Below, piece after piece: positions 49,825-60,040 of a DNA stretch of 64,000 nucleotides. The notes beneath the pieces were generated by a model, which was not told the DNA's origin, searched no databases, and saw only the letters and a list, made by a program, of their open reading frames with translations. The first letter of the stretch is position 1, and each line of letters starts with the position of its first letter. The stretch is from positions 12,786 to 76,785 of the forward strand of contig CAJIYZ010000035.1 of assembly GCA_905181675.1 (NCBI GenBank), given 5' to 3'. The DNA comes from Bacteroidetes bacterium MED-G20. Its GTDB lineage: Bacteria > Bacteroidota > Bacteroidia > Flavobacteriales_D > Parvicellaceae. The position numbers were made by a program, and so were the translations under genes.

Positions 49825-52800
49825 ATACATTTTTCCAAGTCCATTGGTGAATGCTTTGTCACCTACTGATGACCTATGTTCAATTCCTAAATTATTTATT
49901 TCTGAAATTACTCTGTATATGTACACTCCATTTGCAACTGGATCTCCAAATTCGTCTCTGCCGTCCCAGAAATACTTAGTCATGTTGTTTCCAATTTTTA
50001 TATTTTCAATTTCGTTGAGATGAATTTGCTTGATAAGCCTTCCATTTATGTTAATAATTTGGATATCTAACTTATTAGGTATTTCAGATCCTGTTAATGT
50101 AAAAACGAAATGTGTTTTTGTTGAAAAAGGGTTTGGGTAATTGTAGATATTAGTAATAGATGACTTCTGAATTACTTCAAAGTTTATTTGGTATGGTTCA
50201 TCGCCGCTTGAGTTTCCAGTTTTATCCTGACCCTGAACCCTTAATTTATATACTCCATCTTGCTCAAAAACAGGGTCATATTCAATTATAAATTTATTTT
50301 CATCTTCGTTAATATGCCATTCTAAATTAGTCAAAGCACCATTGAAGAAGTTAATTCTTTCCCAAATTGAAGAACCAGGACTCATAACTTCAATTTGAAA
50401 ATTGGCAGTGTCAACATCTTCATTTAAAATTAAAAATGGATTTTCATCGTTAAGTTCAATTACAATATGAGGATTTGGACTCACTATGTCGTTATTTAAA
50501 ATATGAATCCCATCAAATGTGACATCTAAAATAGGATTTGTATTGTCTTTTAAAACAGTAAATCTTCTTTGGACTAAATTGTTAAAATAAAACTGCTCTT
50601 CTTGATCTTTTTCGATGTTGTTTATTATTGGATTTGCTGTTATCCACATTAAATATTCATCATTTAAATATCTGCTAGAAATGGCAACTGTGTCAATTAT
50701 TATTTCTCTTGCTCTTAGTGAGTCTTGCCTTGGGTAAGGGATGTCTAGTTGTCCGTTTTCATTCTCTAAATGATAGTTTATTTTTAAACTGTCCATGTCA
50801 AATGGAGAAATATTTTCTATTGCAACACTAAAATAAATTGAGTCACCTTGCTGAATAATGTTAGAATCTAAAAACCAACTTTTTTTTGGGTTAATTGCTA
50901 AGTCTGGTAACGGGTCGTAGGTGACAAGCCAGTTAATTATTTGAGCTGGAGTTAATAAAGAATCATCAGAGGTTTCCATTTCTAATTGTAGAAAATGAAA
51001 GTTGCTGTCTATAAATTGCAAATTAATTATAGAATCTTTATTTGTAAAAACAGTATCAATTATTAAGGTTTTAAAATTAGAAGATATAGAGCTTAAGCCA
51101 AAAACTTTTAATCTTGTAGAATCGGCAGACGGATCTTCTAGTGCTTTTTGTTTCCAATAAATATTTTTCCAGTTATTAGATGGTCCAATAATACTTGAAG
51201 TCATTTTACCATTCTCTAATGAGCTAGTGACTGTTGTGCTAAACTCTAAAAGTTGAGATGGAACAAATCCAGGAGAAATAGAGTCAGACCGGACTTCAAT
51301 TGCTGTTGAAGGATCCCCTTTTTTGCAAAAGAAAATAAAACCATCGTCTACTTGACTTGGACTAGTAAATCCAGTTGCACCTAGATTTTGAAATGCCGAG
51401 AATAAATTAGCAGACCAATTGGCATATAATGGACTATTGTATAGCAAAGTTCCTCCATAATTATTAGGAATATAACTATACACTACAATATAATGCCCAT
51501 CGGGAATTTTAGTGTTTAACATGCTTGCTAATGAGTCTAGCTGTGAAGGGCTACTATTTTTAAACATAAAATAACCATGCTCTCGTGCTCTTCCAATTAA
51601 AGATGTATTGCCACATACACTAGGATCTCCATTATATTGACCAAAACAATGGTTTGGATTTAGAATACTTGGAGGCGAAGTAGAATTATCAATAAAGGGA
51701 GTTTTCCAATAGTTTAAAGAATTAGGATCTACCACTCCAACCATTACAGCTGGAGATGTATGTCCTCCGTAATCTGCAATTTCGCCACTAACTTCCCAAT
51801 AAGTTCCTGACCACTCTGAACCAAGAGCTACATGTTGAATGTGATTTTTGCAAGTGATGCTTTTAAGAGTAGGAAAAAAATTGTAAGTATTATTTAAAGT
51901 GTCAAGAACAATATTTAAAAACTCATTTTCTTTAAATTGACCTATATGAGATTGGCTCCAACCCCAAGTTTTTGGAATGTATTGAAATGATCTTACTTTC
52001 CAATCAACAATCGAACTATCAGGTCTTGAACGCCAGTAATAAACAATACTATCTCCAAAAAATAATGAATCATTGACACTTGAAATGCTATTAATCCAAT
52101 TTCCAGGAATTGCCTCAATGACTCCACCGATAGATACTACAGACTGATTTTTTAAAAATGGAGAACTAAATTGAATATTGGTATCTATCTCAAAATAATA
52201 GGTGTTGGTAGATTCCAAAGGATTAATAGTAGAAACTCTTAGAGTGTCACTAGGATTTCCGACAATACTTAAATCATATGGCCAAACTGGAATTATTGAA
52301 TTGGAAGAAATATTCATTAAATATTGAATTCTATTATTTCCGTTTTCATCGTAAGCTTCTTGTATTGTGGAAATTGGTAGATCAATTGAAATTGTAAAAA
52401 TATTCTGGCCAATGCTACTTTCAGGTTTATTAACCACACTAAAAGTTACAGTGTCCTCATTTAATATTCCAGGAATAAATTTTGAGTAAATAGTATCTGA
52501 TCCGTCTGGGAATTCTTGCTTTAGTTCCACAAAGACAGAATCTCTAAATGCTTTCCCCAAATTGTATGCCTTAAATTTTAAATCAAAATTTGTTTTTGAA
52601 AGATCAACAATACTTGGTTCAGTCCAAACATCTTGCTCGGAAAGTACTAGTTCAGGAAATGAGTGGGAATTAACTTTTACAGCAGGGTCTCCCTGAAGAG
52701 ACATTCCATTGTAATTGCTTTCAAATTTCGGCCCCCAGGTCAGTAAAGAGGTGCTTTGGTCTAGAGAATCTATAGTCATAACCATCTGCTGGCCTATAGA

Positions 52801-55026
52801 TTTGTTATAACCATATTTTCCAATCATTTTATATAAGTACTCAGTATAAAAATTTATAAAAGGTGTAAACCCTTGCTTTACTGTAGAAATAAATCCAATT
52901 GCACCACTATTTGTTGGTCGTATAATTTGTTCCGAAAAGCTATTTGTATCTGGATTATGAACATCACCAGAATAGCAACCTAACCCAATTACAATTGGAT
53001 ATTTCCCTTGATTATTCCAGTTCTCTGGCTGATCAATATTTTGACTAAATCCATAGCCTGAGGATGCATGACCAAAAAAAGTCATAAGTGATATTCCTTC
53101 CTCTAAATAATTTTGAACCATTTGAAATTCTAAAGGATCTATAAGTGAAGAGAAAGGGTTTTTTCCAAACTTTTTAACTCTCCCCCCAAATAAGGTGTCT
53201 TCAATTGTATTTTGAAATCTCTCAAGATAATTATTCATATAAGCTTGCTCTGAGCTATCACTTCCTCCAGAAAAATGGGCGATATTTTTTTGCCATCCCT
53301 TATTTTCTACAGTGTAATTACTATTATTTCCTTGATTAGACTCCATCTCTATTACTTTATTTAAATAATTCAATACAGATGTGTTGGTGTTAACACTTAA
53401 TCTGCCTATTGGAATTGAGAAACCTCTTTTATTAGCCTCAAGGCCAACTGCAATATGATTATCTGAACTGGGATAGCCCCAAGAAGGAACTAGATTTAAC
53501 TTATAGGCAACAGAGTCATTCCTTGAACCAGGTGTTGTTTCATTATTTAGTCTAACAGATTTTCCGATTAAAAAAACATGAGAAGGCCAACTTGGCCAGT
53601 TGGTCATCCCGAATTTTATAAATCTTTTTATTGCCAAAGGATTTTTGAATATTCCTGCTGCAAATTGGTGGTAAAGTTCTTCAATATCTACTACTAAAGT
53701 GTCCATGTTATTTGATCTATATGCTGCATAGTTTCTAGATGCAGAAAGCAGTTTTTTATTAGTTACTATCACAAATGCACTGTCAATTTGAATAGAGTTA
53801 AAGTCATTAAAATAACCTTGGCTATTTACAGTGTGTATTTTTTTGATGTGATTAATATTGGAATCGGTAAATAAATAGCAGACTATAGAATCATTTTGAG
53901 GAATTGGGATTACTGCTTCTAAAATAGAATTATTTAAGGTTAAAGGAATTGTTTTATGGACATCATCTAACATATAAAGCATGGTTGAGCCCAATGAGTT
54001 TATTGTGTTGGTAATACTTAGTCTTTGTTTCTGGTTCAATGAAGATGGAACTCCAAAATGTAGTTTATCATAAGGTGAAAAATTCGTAGTGTGTGGATAG
54101 GATAAACTAATTGAAGCTATGTTTTGATAATCTGTTCCTTGTCCAATATCTGAAATTTCGTGTTTGAAATCAGTCATATTTGAAATACTATTACTAGAAA
54201 GACTATAGTTTACATGAAGAGTTTGGTAATTAAAATAAGCCGAATCAAAAACCAAGTTGTTATTTATAAATAGTTTAGAGTTATGATTATTTCCATTAGA
54301 ATTAACAGTAGATGAATTTGAAGAAACAAGATTTATTTCCCCAAAAGCATCTGGGCCACTAATAAAACTATTTAATGAACTTATTTGTTCAATATTGGAG
54401 CCATTCTTTCCCAAAGATCCACCAGCCCATCCTTCTGCTCTTTCATACTTAGGACTTGATATTCCACCAACTTGATATCCAACTAAATAATTAGAATTAA
54501 ATTTTAAAACTTGTGTTTTCCAGCAATAATTTACAGAATTATAGTTGCTGTAATTTGTATCAACTTCTATTATAGTTCTCTTATTATTTGAATTGCTATT
54601 CCATGAAAAATAATATCTAATGGTGTCATTAAATAGACTGTAATATTCATCAGGCATGAAATGTGTAGAATCGTATACCAACGAATCTAACCATCCATCA
54701 TTTTTTTGGGCGTAGAATTCAATATATTCCAAAGAGTCTAAAAAACCATTGTTATTATTGTCTTTCACAAGAATAGAAACTTCTTTTTCTTTTCCAAAAA
54801 CTTGAAAATTATCATGAGGAACATTATCAATATTAACTCCCAAATTAATTAAATGGGCGTTAATTATCTCAAAGTCTAATCTGTATACACCTGTTTCAAC
54901 TATAGGAAAATGAAAATATTGTTGGTTGTAATTTATCCACTCGTTGCCAAAAGACTGTGAAAAATTACTTAAATGTAATACTAAGAAGAAAAATAAAAAG
55001 ACAATTTTTTTCTTTATCAGTTTCAA
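49813..55026 (-). CDS. porU: Type IX secretion sortase PorU (C25 gingipain-like peptidase), unusually long
   Basis: Signal peptide and a C25-type His/Cys dyad region (LMTFFGHASSGYGF ... VIGLGCYSGDV). T9SS CTD at the end (YNYPNPFSTKTHFVFTL...GVYIYRV). Immediately downstream of porV. The TTG start overlaps the porV TGA. Confidence 0.8.
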   Translation of the reverse strand: MKLIKKKIVFLFFFLVLHLSNFSQSFGNEWINYNQQYFHFPIVETGVYRLDFEIINAHLINLGVNIDNVPHDNFQVFGKEKEVSILVKDNNNNGFLDSLEYIEFYAQKNDGWLDSLVYDSTHFMPDEYYSLFNDTIRYYFSWNSNSNNKRTIIEVDTNYSNYNSVNYCWKTQVLKFNSNYLVGYQVGGISSPKYERAEGWAGGSLGKNGSNIEQISSLNSFISGPDAFGEINLVSSNSSTVNSNGNNHNSKLFINNNLVFDSAYFNYQTLHVNYSLSSNSISNMTDFKHEISDIGQGTDYQNIASISLSYPHTTNFSPYDKLHFGVPSSLNQKQRLSITNTINSLGSTMLYMLDDVHKTIPLTLNNSILEAVIPIPQNDSIVCYLFTDSNINHIKKIHTVNSQGYFNDFNSIQIDSAFVIVTNKKLLSASRNYAAYRSNNMDTLVVDIEELYHQFAAGIFKNPLAIKRFIKFGMTNWPSWPSHVFLIGKSVRLNNETTPGSRNDSVAYKLNLVPSWGYPSSDNHIAVGLEANKRGFSIPIGRLSVNTNTSVLNYLNKVIEMESNQGNNSNYTVENKGWQKNIAHFSGGSDSSEQAYMNNYLERFQNTIEDTLFGGRVKKFGKNPFSSLIDPLEFQMVQNYLEEGISLMTFFGHASSGYGFSQNIDQPENWNNQGKYPIVIGLGCYSGDVHNPDTNSFSEQIIRPTNSGAIGFISTVKQGFTPFINFYTEYLYKMIGKYGYNKSIGQQMVMTIDSLDQSTSLLTWGPKFESNYNGMSLQGDPAVKVNSHSFPELVLSEQDVWTEPSIVDLSKTNFDLKFKAYNLGKAFRDSVFVELKQEFPDGSDTIYSKFIPGILNEDTVTFSVVNKPESSIGQNIFTISIDLPISTIQEAYDENGNNRIQYLMNISSNSIIPVWPYDLSIVGNPSDTLRVSTINPLESTNTYYFEIDTNIQFSSPFLKNQSVVSIGGVIEAIPGNWINSISSVNDSLFFGDSIVYYWRSRPDSSIVDWKVRSFQYIPKTWGWSQSHIGQFKENEFLNIVLDTLNNTYNFFPTLKSITCKNHIQHVALGSEWSGTYWEVSGEIADYGGHTSPAVMVGVVDPNSLNYWKTPFIDNSTSPPSILNPNHCFGQYNGDPSVCGNTSLIGRAREHGYFMFKNSSPSQLDSLASMLNTKIPDGHYIVVYSYIPNNYGGTLLYNSPLYANWSANLFSAFQNLGATGFTSPSQVDDGFIFFCKKGDPSTAIEVRSDSISPGFVPSQLLEFSTTVTSSLENGKMTSSIIGPSNNWKNIYWKQKALEDPSADSTRLKVFGLSSISSNFKTLIIDTVFTNKDSIINLQFIDSNFHFLQLEMETSDDSLLTPAQIINWLVTYDPLPDLAINPKKSWFLDSNIIQQGDSIYFSVAIENISPFDMDSLKINYHLENENGQLDIPYPRQDSLRAREIIIDTVAISSRYLNDEYLMWITANPIINNIEKDQEEQFYFNNLVQRRFTVLKDNTNPILDVTFDGIHILNNDIVSPNPHIVIELNDENPFLILNEDVDTANFQIEVMSPGSSIWERINFFNGALTNLEWHINEDENKFIIEYDPVFEQDGVYKLRVQGQDKTGNSSGDEPYQINFEVIQKSSITNIYNYPNPFSTKTHFVFTLTGSEIPNKLDIQIININGRLIKQIHLNEIENIKIGNNMTKYFWDGRDEFGDPVANGVYIYRVISEINNLGIEHRSSVGDKAFTNGLGKMYLIR

Positions 55027-56096
55027 TTTGCTTTTGGGTTTAAGTTGAACTTTAAGGAGAAAATATTGCTGTATTCAGCAATTGAAACATCTCCAATATC
55101 CGTTAAAGCATATTCAATTTCAACTCCCTTAATATTAATACCAATCCCTAAGTTTGGCTGAATGGTATAGATCATTTTACCTGTTAAATCAGGTGTTTTT
55201 TGAATGTTGCCAATACCACCCCTTATGAAAACTATATTTTTAATGTTAATTTCACTTCCAATATGTGGATCAATTGAAAACGGATTTCCAGAAATTAAAA
55301 CATTTCGTTTGCCATCAGTTGTTATATCTGCATTGAATTCTATCAATAAATGGACATTTTTTTCAAATTCATAATTCTTACTCAATCCAAGAATTAATCT
55401 AGGAAGAGTTAGTTCTAGCCCATTTTCTGGTAGTTCATTGCCAGTAGAGTTAAACGTATTAATCATTTCGTTAGATAGCTGATATTTCCATACGTTGAAT
55501 GTGGAGGTTATGTCTTTAGCAACTACAGCAATTGCCCAATCATTTTTAAGATAAGTTGAAGAAAGGTCAATCCCAAAACCCCAAGCTGATGCAAAATCTC
55601 CAGCTCTTCTATTAATTATTTTAGCAGATCCACCAAAAGATAGGTTTTCGTTTATTTTTCTTCCATAGCTTCCTATAAAGGCCATATCCGCAGCGCTGAA
55701 ATAAGATATTCTATCATAATTCACATTTCCTTGTGCATCAATAAGCTCTGATGTATTAGGGATATTGTCTACTCCAAACCTTAAAAAAGAAAAACCAAAA
55801 CCACTTTTTTCGTCTATTTTTTTTGCAATACTTCCAAAGTCATACTTTGCAATCCCTGCAAAATATTCTGCGTGCATTAACCCAACTTGGATATCGTTAT
55901 TGATTTTAGAGAGATTTGCTGGATTCCAGAATCCAGACATAGCACTATTAGTACTTGTAATTACAGAGTTAGACATTGCCAAAGATCTTGCACCAACTCC
56001 AATATTAAGAAATTCGTTACTATATTTCGGTGAATTTATTTGCCCAAAAATAGAATAATTCAAAAGCAATAATAAAATTAGATAGCTGTTTTTCAC
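55023..56096 (-). CDS. porV: Type IX secretion outer-membrane shuttle protein PorV (LptO)
   Basis: Signal peptide, NEFLNIGVGARSLAMSN near the N-terminus, FadL-like barrel character, and a position directly upstream of porU. GTG start. Confidence 0.8.
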   Translation of the reverse strand: MKNSYLILLLLLNYSIFGQINSPKYSNEFLNIGVGARSLAMSNSVITSTNSAMSGFWNPANLSKINNDIQVGLMHAEYFAGIAKYDFGSIAKKIDEKSGFGFSFLRFGVDNIPNTSELIDAQGNVNYDRISYFSAADMAFIGSYGRKINENLSFGGSAKIINRRAGDFASAWGFGIDLSSTYLKNDWAIAVVAKDITSTFNVWKYQLSNEMINTFNSTGNELPENGLELTLPRLILGLSKNYEFEKNVHLLIEFNADITTDGKRNVLISGNPFSIDPHIGSEINIKNIVFIRGGIGNIQKTPDLTGKMIYTIQPNLGIGINIKGVEIEYALTDIGDVSIAEYSNIFSLKFNLNPKAN

Positions 56097-56188
56097 AGTC
56101 GAATTTAAAGATATTTAGCCAAGTAAAAACTAAATATTGGTTATTTGTATATATGGAAACGAAGTTTACATTAATTTAGTTCATATAA

Positions 56189-56905
56189 ATGAAAAAAAAT
56201 ATTCCCAATATAATTACCTCCATCAACCTTTTATTAGGTTGGACAACCATTTATTTTGCTTATTTGTCTGAAATAGACTGGGCAATAGGTGCAATTTTAT
56301 TGGCCTCATTCTTTGATTATTTAGACGGTTTCGCTGCCAGAAAATTAAATGCTCAGTCTGCCTTAGGTGCTCAATTAGATTCTTTTGCAGATTTAATAAC
56401 TTTCGGCATTGCTCCAGCTATAATTGTCTACAGTGTGTCCTTATCTTCTGCGTTTTTAAACGAAAAAGATATGGGTTTTGCACTTTTTTTAATTCTCGGT
56501 CTCATTCCTTTACTTGGTGCAATTCGCTTGGCAAGATTTAATACTATTGAGGAACAGACGCCCTTTTTTATTGGTCTGCCAATTCCAGCATTTGCATTAA
56601 TTACCGTTAGTCTAACTTGGACTTACATAAAATACAATAATCTAATTTCAAATATTGTTAATCACCAAATTTTTTATGTTGTAACTATTTTATTCTTTGG
56701 TTTTTTAATGGTTAGCAAATGGAGGTTTTTATCTTTGAAATTAAAGAATTTAAACTTTAAGGAAAACAAGCTTATTTACTTTTGGGGAATTTCATCTATC
56801 ATTTGTCTTTTGCTAGTAATAATATTCGGAAATATCTTTCTTATTATCCCTATTGTTCTATTTTTGTATTTATTGTTTTCTTTAATTAAAAATTTTGTAT
56901 CATGA
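56189..56905 (+). CDS. pssA: CDP-diacylglycerol--serine O-phosphatidyltransferase
   Basis: CDP-alcohol phosphatidyltransferase motif DYLDGFAARKLNAQSALGAQLDSFADLITFG. 238 aa, multi-TM. Confidence 0.85.
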   Translation: MKKNIPNIITSINLLLGWTTIYFAYLSEIDWAIGAILLASFFDYLDGFAARKLNAQSALGAQLDSFADLITFGIAPAIIVYSVSLSSAFLNEKDMGFALFLILGLIPLLGAIRLARFNTIEEQTPFFIGLPIPAFALITVSLTWTYIKYNNLISNIVNHQIFYVVTILFFGFLMVSKWRFLSLKLKNLNFKENKLIYFWGISSIICLLLVIIFGNIFLIIPIVLFLYLLFSLIKNFVS

Positions 56906-57153
56906 GATTTAAAGCCAGTATCGATATTATGCCACTTGAAGCGTTACTAGATCCGCAAGGAAAAGCAGTAACCCAAAGTATGGATAATTTAAGCCTTACT
57001 GAAATTAGCAATGTTAGAATTGGAAAACATATCACACTTTATATTGAAACTAGTGACGAAGACTCTGCAAAAAAAATTGTTGAAGAGGCTTGTGAAAAAC
57101 TTCTATGTAACCAAATAATGGAAAGTTTTACTTTCATTTTGAGCGAAGCTTAA
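56902..57153 (+). CDS. purS: Phosphoribosylformylglycinamidine synthase subunit PurS
   Basis: 83 aa. ...LLDPQGKAVTQSMDNLSL.EISNVRIGKHITL... is typical of PurS. 4-nt overlap with pssA. Confidence 0.85.
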   Translation: MRFKASIDIMPLEALLDPQGKAVTQSMDNLSLTEISNVRIGKHITLYIETSDEDSAKKIVEEACEKLLCNQIMESFTFILSEA

Positions 57154-58143
57154 TTAGTAGTCAATAGCTAAACTAATTTTTGCAATAACTCTTTGAGGAT
57201 CAATTTTAGACATTGATTCACTAGCTTTTATCTCATCTCTTTTTTTTATTTTCCCATAAATACTAAATGGTCTTTCACTAAATTCTTCGTTATTTAGTTG
57301 GACAATAAATTGATCATTAAATAAAGGGCTAAAACCCAGAAAAGGATGTGTTGGTCCCCAAATGGAAACTACGTTAGCACTTGTTAAACTTGCCAAATGC
57401 ATATTGGCACTATCCATAGATATAAACACTTTGAAATCATTAATTAATTGCATTTGTCCATTAAGATCTAAATTTCTTTCAATTATTGTGCAGTTTGAAT
57501 TTTTTAAAAAAAACTTTTTTGAAATTTTAATCTCTTCTTTCCCAAAAGCGAAAATCACAAATTGAAAGTTTTTAAAATGGTTAATTATTTTTTGGTAATT
57601 AGCCAAAGGCCATATTTTACTTTTATGTGCAGAGAATGGCGCAATACCAATTATATCTTTTTTATTACTACCACTTTCTAAAGACTTACTTATTTTATTA
57701 AAATCAATTTTTTCAAAATCTTGTTTTAAACAATCTAAGTAGCGTTCACTAGAAGTTTTAAGCTTTCGTAGCCTGATTTTCTTATCTATAATCTCCTTTT
57801 TTAAATTCCTTTCCTTTGCAAATATTCTAATAACATTTGTCTTATGAGAAAGTAATAAGCGAAGCGCTTTAGAGCGTATTACGTCGTGAAGGTCATAAAT
57901 TCCGCTAAAATTTATATTTCCCGAAACTTCTTTTACTTTTTTAGCTATTTGAAATATATTTTTCTCTTTAGAGTTAAAATCTATGCCAATAAATTTTAAG
58001 CGCTTGTCAAAATCAAATATTGATTGATTATTTATATTAGATACCATCCAGAGATTAACATCTGGATAAGACTTAAGAAATAGTTGCATTACAGGCCTTA
58101 GAAGTATGACATCTCCAAGTGCAGAAAATCTTATCAGTAATAT
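57154..58143 (-). CDS. Glycosyltransferase family 9 (heptosyltransferase-like); true start uncertain, upstream of the first ATG
   Basis: The ORF-track version starts at the ATG 58089. The same frame stays open to 58179 and encodes KNILLIRFSALGDVILLRPV, the hallmark GT9 N-terminal strand-loop. No ATG/GTG/TTG exists in that extension; 58143 is an ATA codon, used here only as a provisional boundary. Confidence 0.7.
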   Translation of the reverse strand: MLLIRFSALGDVILLRPVMQLFLKSYPDVNLWMVSNINNQSIFDFDKRLKFIGIDFNSKEKNIFQIAKKVKEVSGNINFSGIYDLHDVIRSKALRLLLSHKTNVIRIFAKERNLKKEIIDKKIRLRKLKTSSERYLDCLKQDFEKIDFNKISKSLESGSNKKDIIGIAPFSAHKSKIWPLANYQKIINHFKNFQFVIFAFGKEEIKISKKFFLKNSNCTIIERNLDLNGQMQLINDFKVFISMDSANMHLASLTSANVVSIWGPTHPFLGFSPLFNDQFIVQLNNEEFSERPFSIYGKIKKRDEIKASESMSKIDPQRVIAKISLAIDY

Positions 58144-58147
58144 ATTT

Positions 58148-58753
58148 TTACGGTTTGTTTTTTTGATAGAGCTCAGGATTTAAAGTTGAGTCATTGTACA
58201 TTTTCATCTGTCTGTAAACTTTCATTTTTTTGACTCCACTTTTGTAATCAAGTAAAAGTTCGTCAAAGGATTGACTTAGATCAGTTCTTTGTTTTTTAAG
58301 AATATTTAATTTTTCTCCACAATTCAGAATATGCTCTTGTGAAACATCTTGTCGTTCTGTTTGCTCATTCATGTGGAATATTTTAAGATTTAAAATTGAA
58401 AGCCTATCCACTACCCATCCAGGGCTTTCCGTATTTATCTTACTTGTTGAGATTGATTTTTCTTTAAAAATGTTGAAATAATAATCATCAATTTTTTCTA
58501 CAATATCTGTTCTTTTTTGGTTGGAATCATCGATTCTATGCTTTATAGATAATCCAGTTTTTGAGTCTAAATTAGGACTTCTAATAATATCCTCCAAATG
58601 CCATTGAACAGTATCTATCCAGCATTTTTCAAAAAGTAAGAAATCCAATGTTTCTCTATCAAAGGGATTGGAATAAGAAGAGTCTACCTCATTATTAATA
58701 TGGTAATGATCTATAACTTTTATGAATATATCGTTGCAAGTTTCCGCTTTCAT
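58148..58753 (-). CDS. DUF4254-like protein (family usually found next to GT9 genes in Bacteroidota; from memory)
   Basis: 201-aa soluble, helical-looking protein (…DTVQWHLEDIIR…). ATGA overlap with the upstream thioesterase, and it ends inside the GT9 N-terminal extension. Confidence 0.5.
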   Translation of the reverse strand: MKAETCNDIFIKVIDHYHINNEVDSSYSNPFDRETLDFLLFEKCWIDTVQWHLEDIIRSPNLDSKTGLSIKHRIDDSNQKRTDIVEKIDDYYFNIFKEKSISTSKINTESPGWVVDRLSILNLKIFHMNEQTERQDVSQEHILNCGEKLNILKKQRTDLSQSFDELLLDYKSGVKKMKVYRQMKMYNDSTLNPELYQKNKP

Positions 58754-59274
58754 TTTAATTTTGGGAATAAAGCATTTTTAAGTTCTGTTGCATCTTCTGG
58801 TTTTAATTTTCCAGCTAGAACTAGGCTAAGTTGTTTTCTTCTTAATGCAGAATCAAATCTTTGCTTATCAATTTGAGTTTCAGGAATTAAAGTTGGAACA
58901 CTTATTGGGCTCCTGTTTTGGTCAATCGCTACAAAGTTATAAATCGCCTCATTACATTTTCTTCTGCTACCATCCGGATTTTCTACAAATACATCTATAA
59001 AAACTTCCATTGAAGAATTAAATGCTCTACTTACTTTTGCATGTAAGCACACAATCTCTCCTGCGAATATAGGTTCGTCAAATGACACATTATTGATCGA
59101 TGCAGTTACAACTACTCGACCGCAGTGTTTATGTGCTGAAATACTTGCTATTTCATCCATCCATTCCAATAGTCTTCCCCCAAAAAGTGTATTTAAAGGA
59201 TTGGTGTCATTGGGCAAAACCATTTTTGTTTGAACGGCTAAGGATTCTGTTGCTTTTTTTTGAGTATTTTTCAT
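58750..59274 (-). CDS. Acyl-CoA thioesterase (hotdog fold, YciA/BFIT-like)
   Basis: ...VLPNDTNPLNTLFGGRLLEWMDEIASISA..H....VVTASI..VSF..P is typical of the 4HBT/acyl-CoA hydrolase family. Confidence 0.8.
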   Translation of the reverse strand: MKNTQKKATESLAVQTKMVLPNDTNPLNTLFGGRLLEWMDEIASISAHKHCGRVVVTASINNVSFDEPIFAGEIVCLHAKVSRAFNSSMEVFIDVFVENPDGSRRKCNEAIYNFVAIDQNRSPISVPTLIPETQIDKQRFDSALRRKQLSLVLAGKLKPEDATELKNALFPKLK

Positions 59275-60035
59275 TATTGCATATAATTTCTTTCGTATCT
59301 AGCTTTATCTTCTGGGCTTGTAAGTGCTTCTGGACACTTGCCTTTCCCAAGTTTTTTTAGCCATATAAATCTAACTTTAAATATCAAGGGCCTATACCTG
59401 CTGTTGAAAATTCCATAAGTAGATTTTCCTTGTTCCCATTTCTTTAACGTTAGAAATGGAGATTCCATTGTAGGTATAACAAATAAAGTTTTTTTTACTT
59501 TAAATCCGTAGCCAACTTTTAAATGAAATGCTATGGTTAGTCTATCTGTATTATTTGGTAATGGGGTGCCTTCTTCAAATAATTTAAAATCTATATTTGA
59601 ACCAAGACTAGTTTGAATAAATTTCTTGTCAGATATTTGCCAAATATTATTTAAATTAAAACTTCCCCCCAAGAATCTTTGTTTAAATATGGATTTGCTT
59701 TCATCTATTGTTTCACTTCCGGAAAGTTTTTTATAACTAAAACCATAGTCTAAATAGTTAAAAATATTTCCTCCTTTTTCAAATATTCGATAAGCTCCTG
59801 CTTCAATTATATAAGCCAATCTTGCTTTAGCATTTACCTCGCTGTTAGAATTTGATATAATATTTGGAATTTCATATGGCATCATGTAAGTAAGCCCTGG
59901 ACTTAAATAAAAATTTTGTAATTGGTATGTGCCATTAAAATCTACTAAAGGAATATTTTTTCTTTGATACATTTTCATTTGAGTCTTTCCAACCGCAACA
60001 GTAAATATCAATATAAGAATTAGGGAATTCCTCAT
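59274..60035 (-). CDS. Hypothetical signal-peptide protein, probably a small outer-membrane beta-barrel
   Basis: Signal peptide (MRNSLILILIFTVAVGKTQ), alternating-pattern beta-strands and a basic C-terminal tail. No recognisable motif. Embedded by start/stop overlap in the minus-strand gene string. Confidence 0.4.
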   Translation of the reverse strand: MRNSLILILIFTVAVGKTQMKMYQRKNIPLVDFNGTYQLQNFYLSPGLTYMMPYEIPNIISNSNSEVNAKARLAYIIEAGAYRIFEKGGNIFNYLDYGFSYKKLSGSETIDESKSIFKQRFLGGSFNLNNIWQISDKKFIQTSLGSNIDFKLFEEGTPLPNNTDRLTIAFHLKVGYGFKVKKTLFVIPTMESPFLTLKKWEQGKSTYGIFNSRYRPLIFKVRFIWLKKLGKGKCPEALTSPEDKARYERNYMQ

Positions 60036-60040
60036 AGTTA

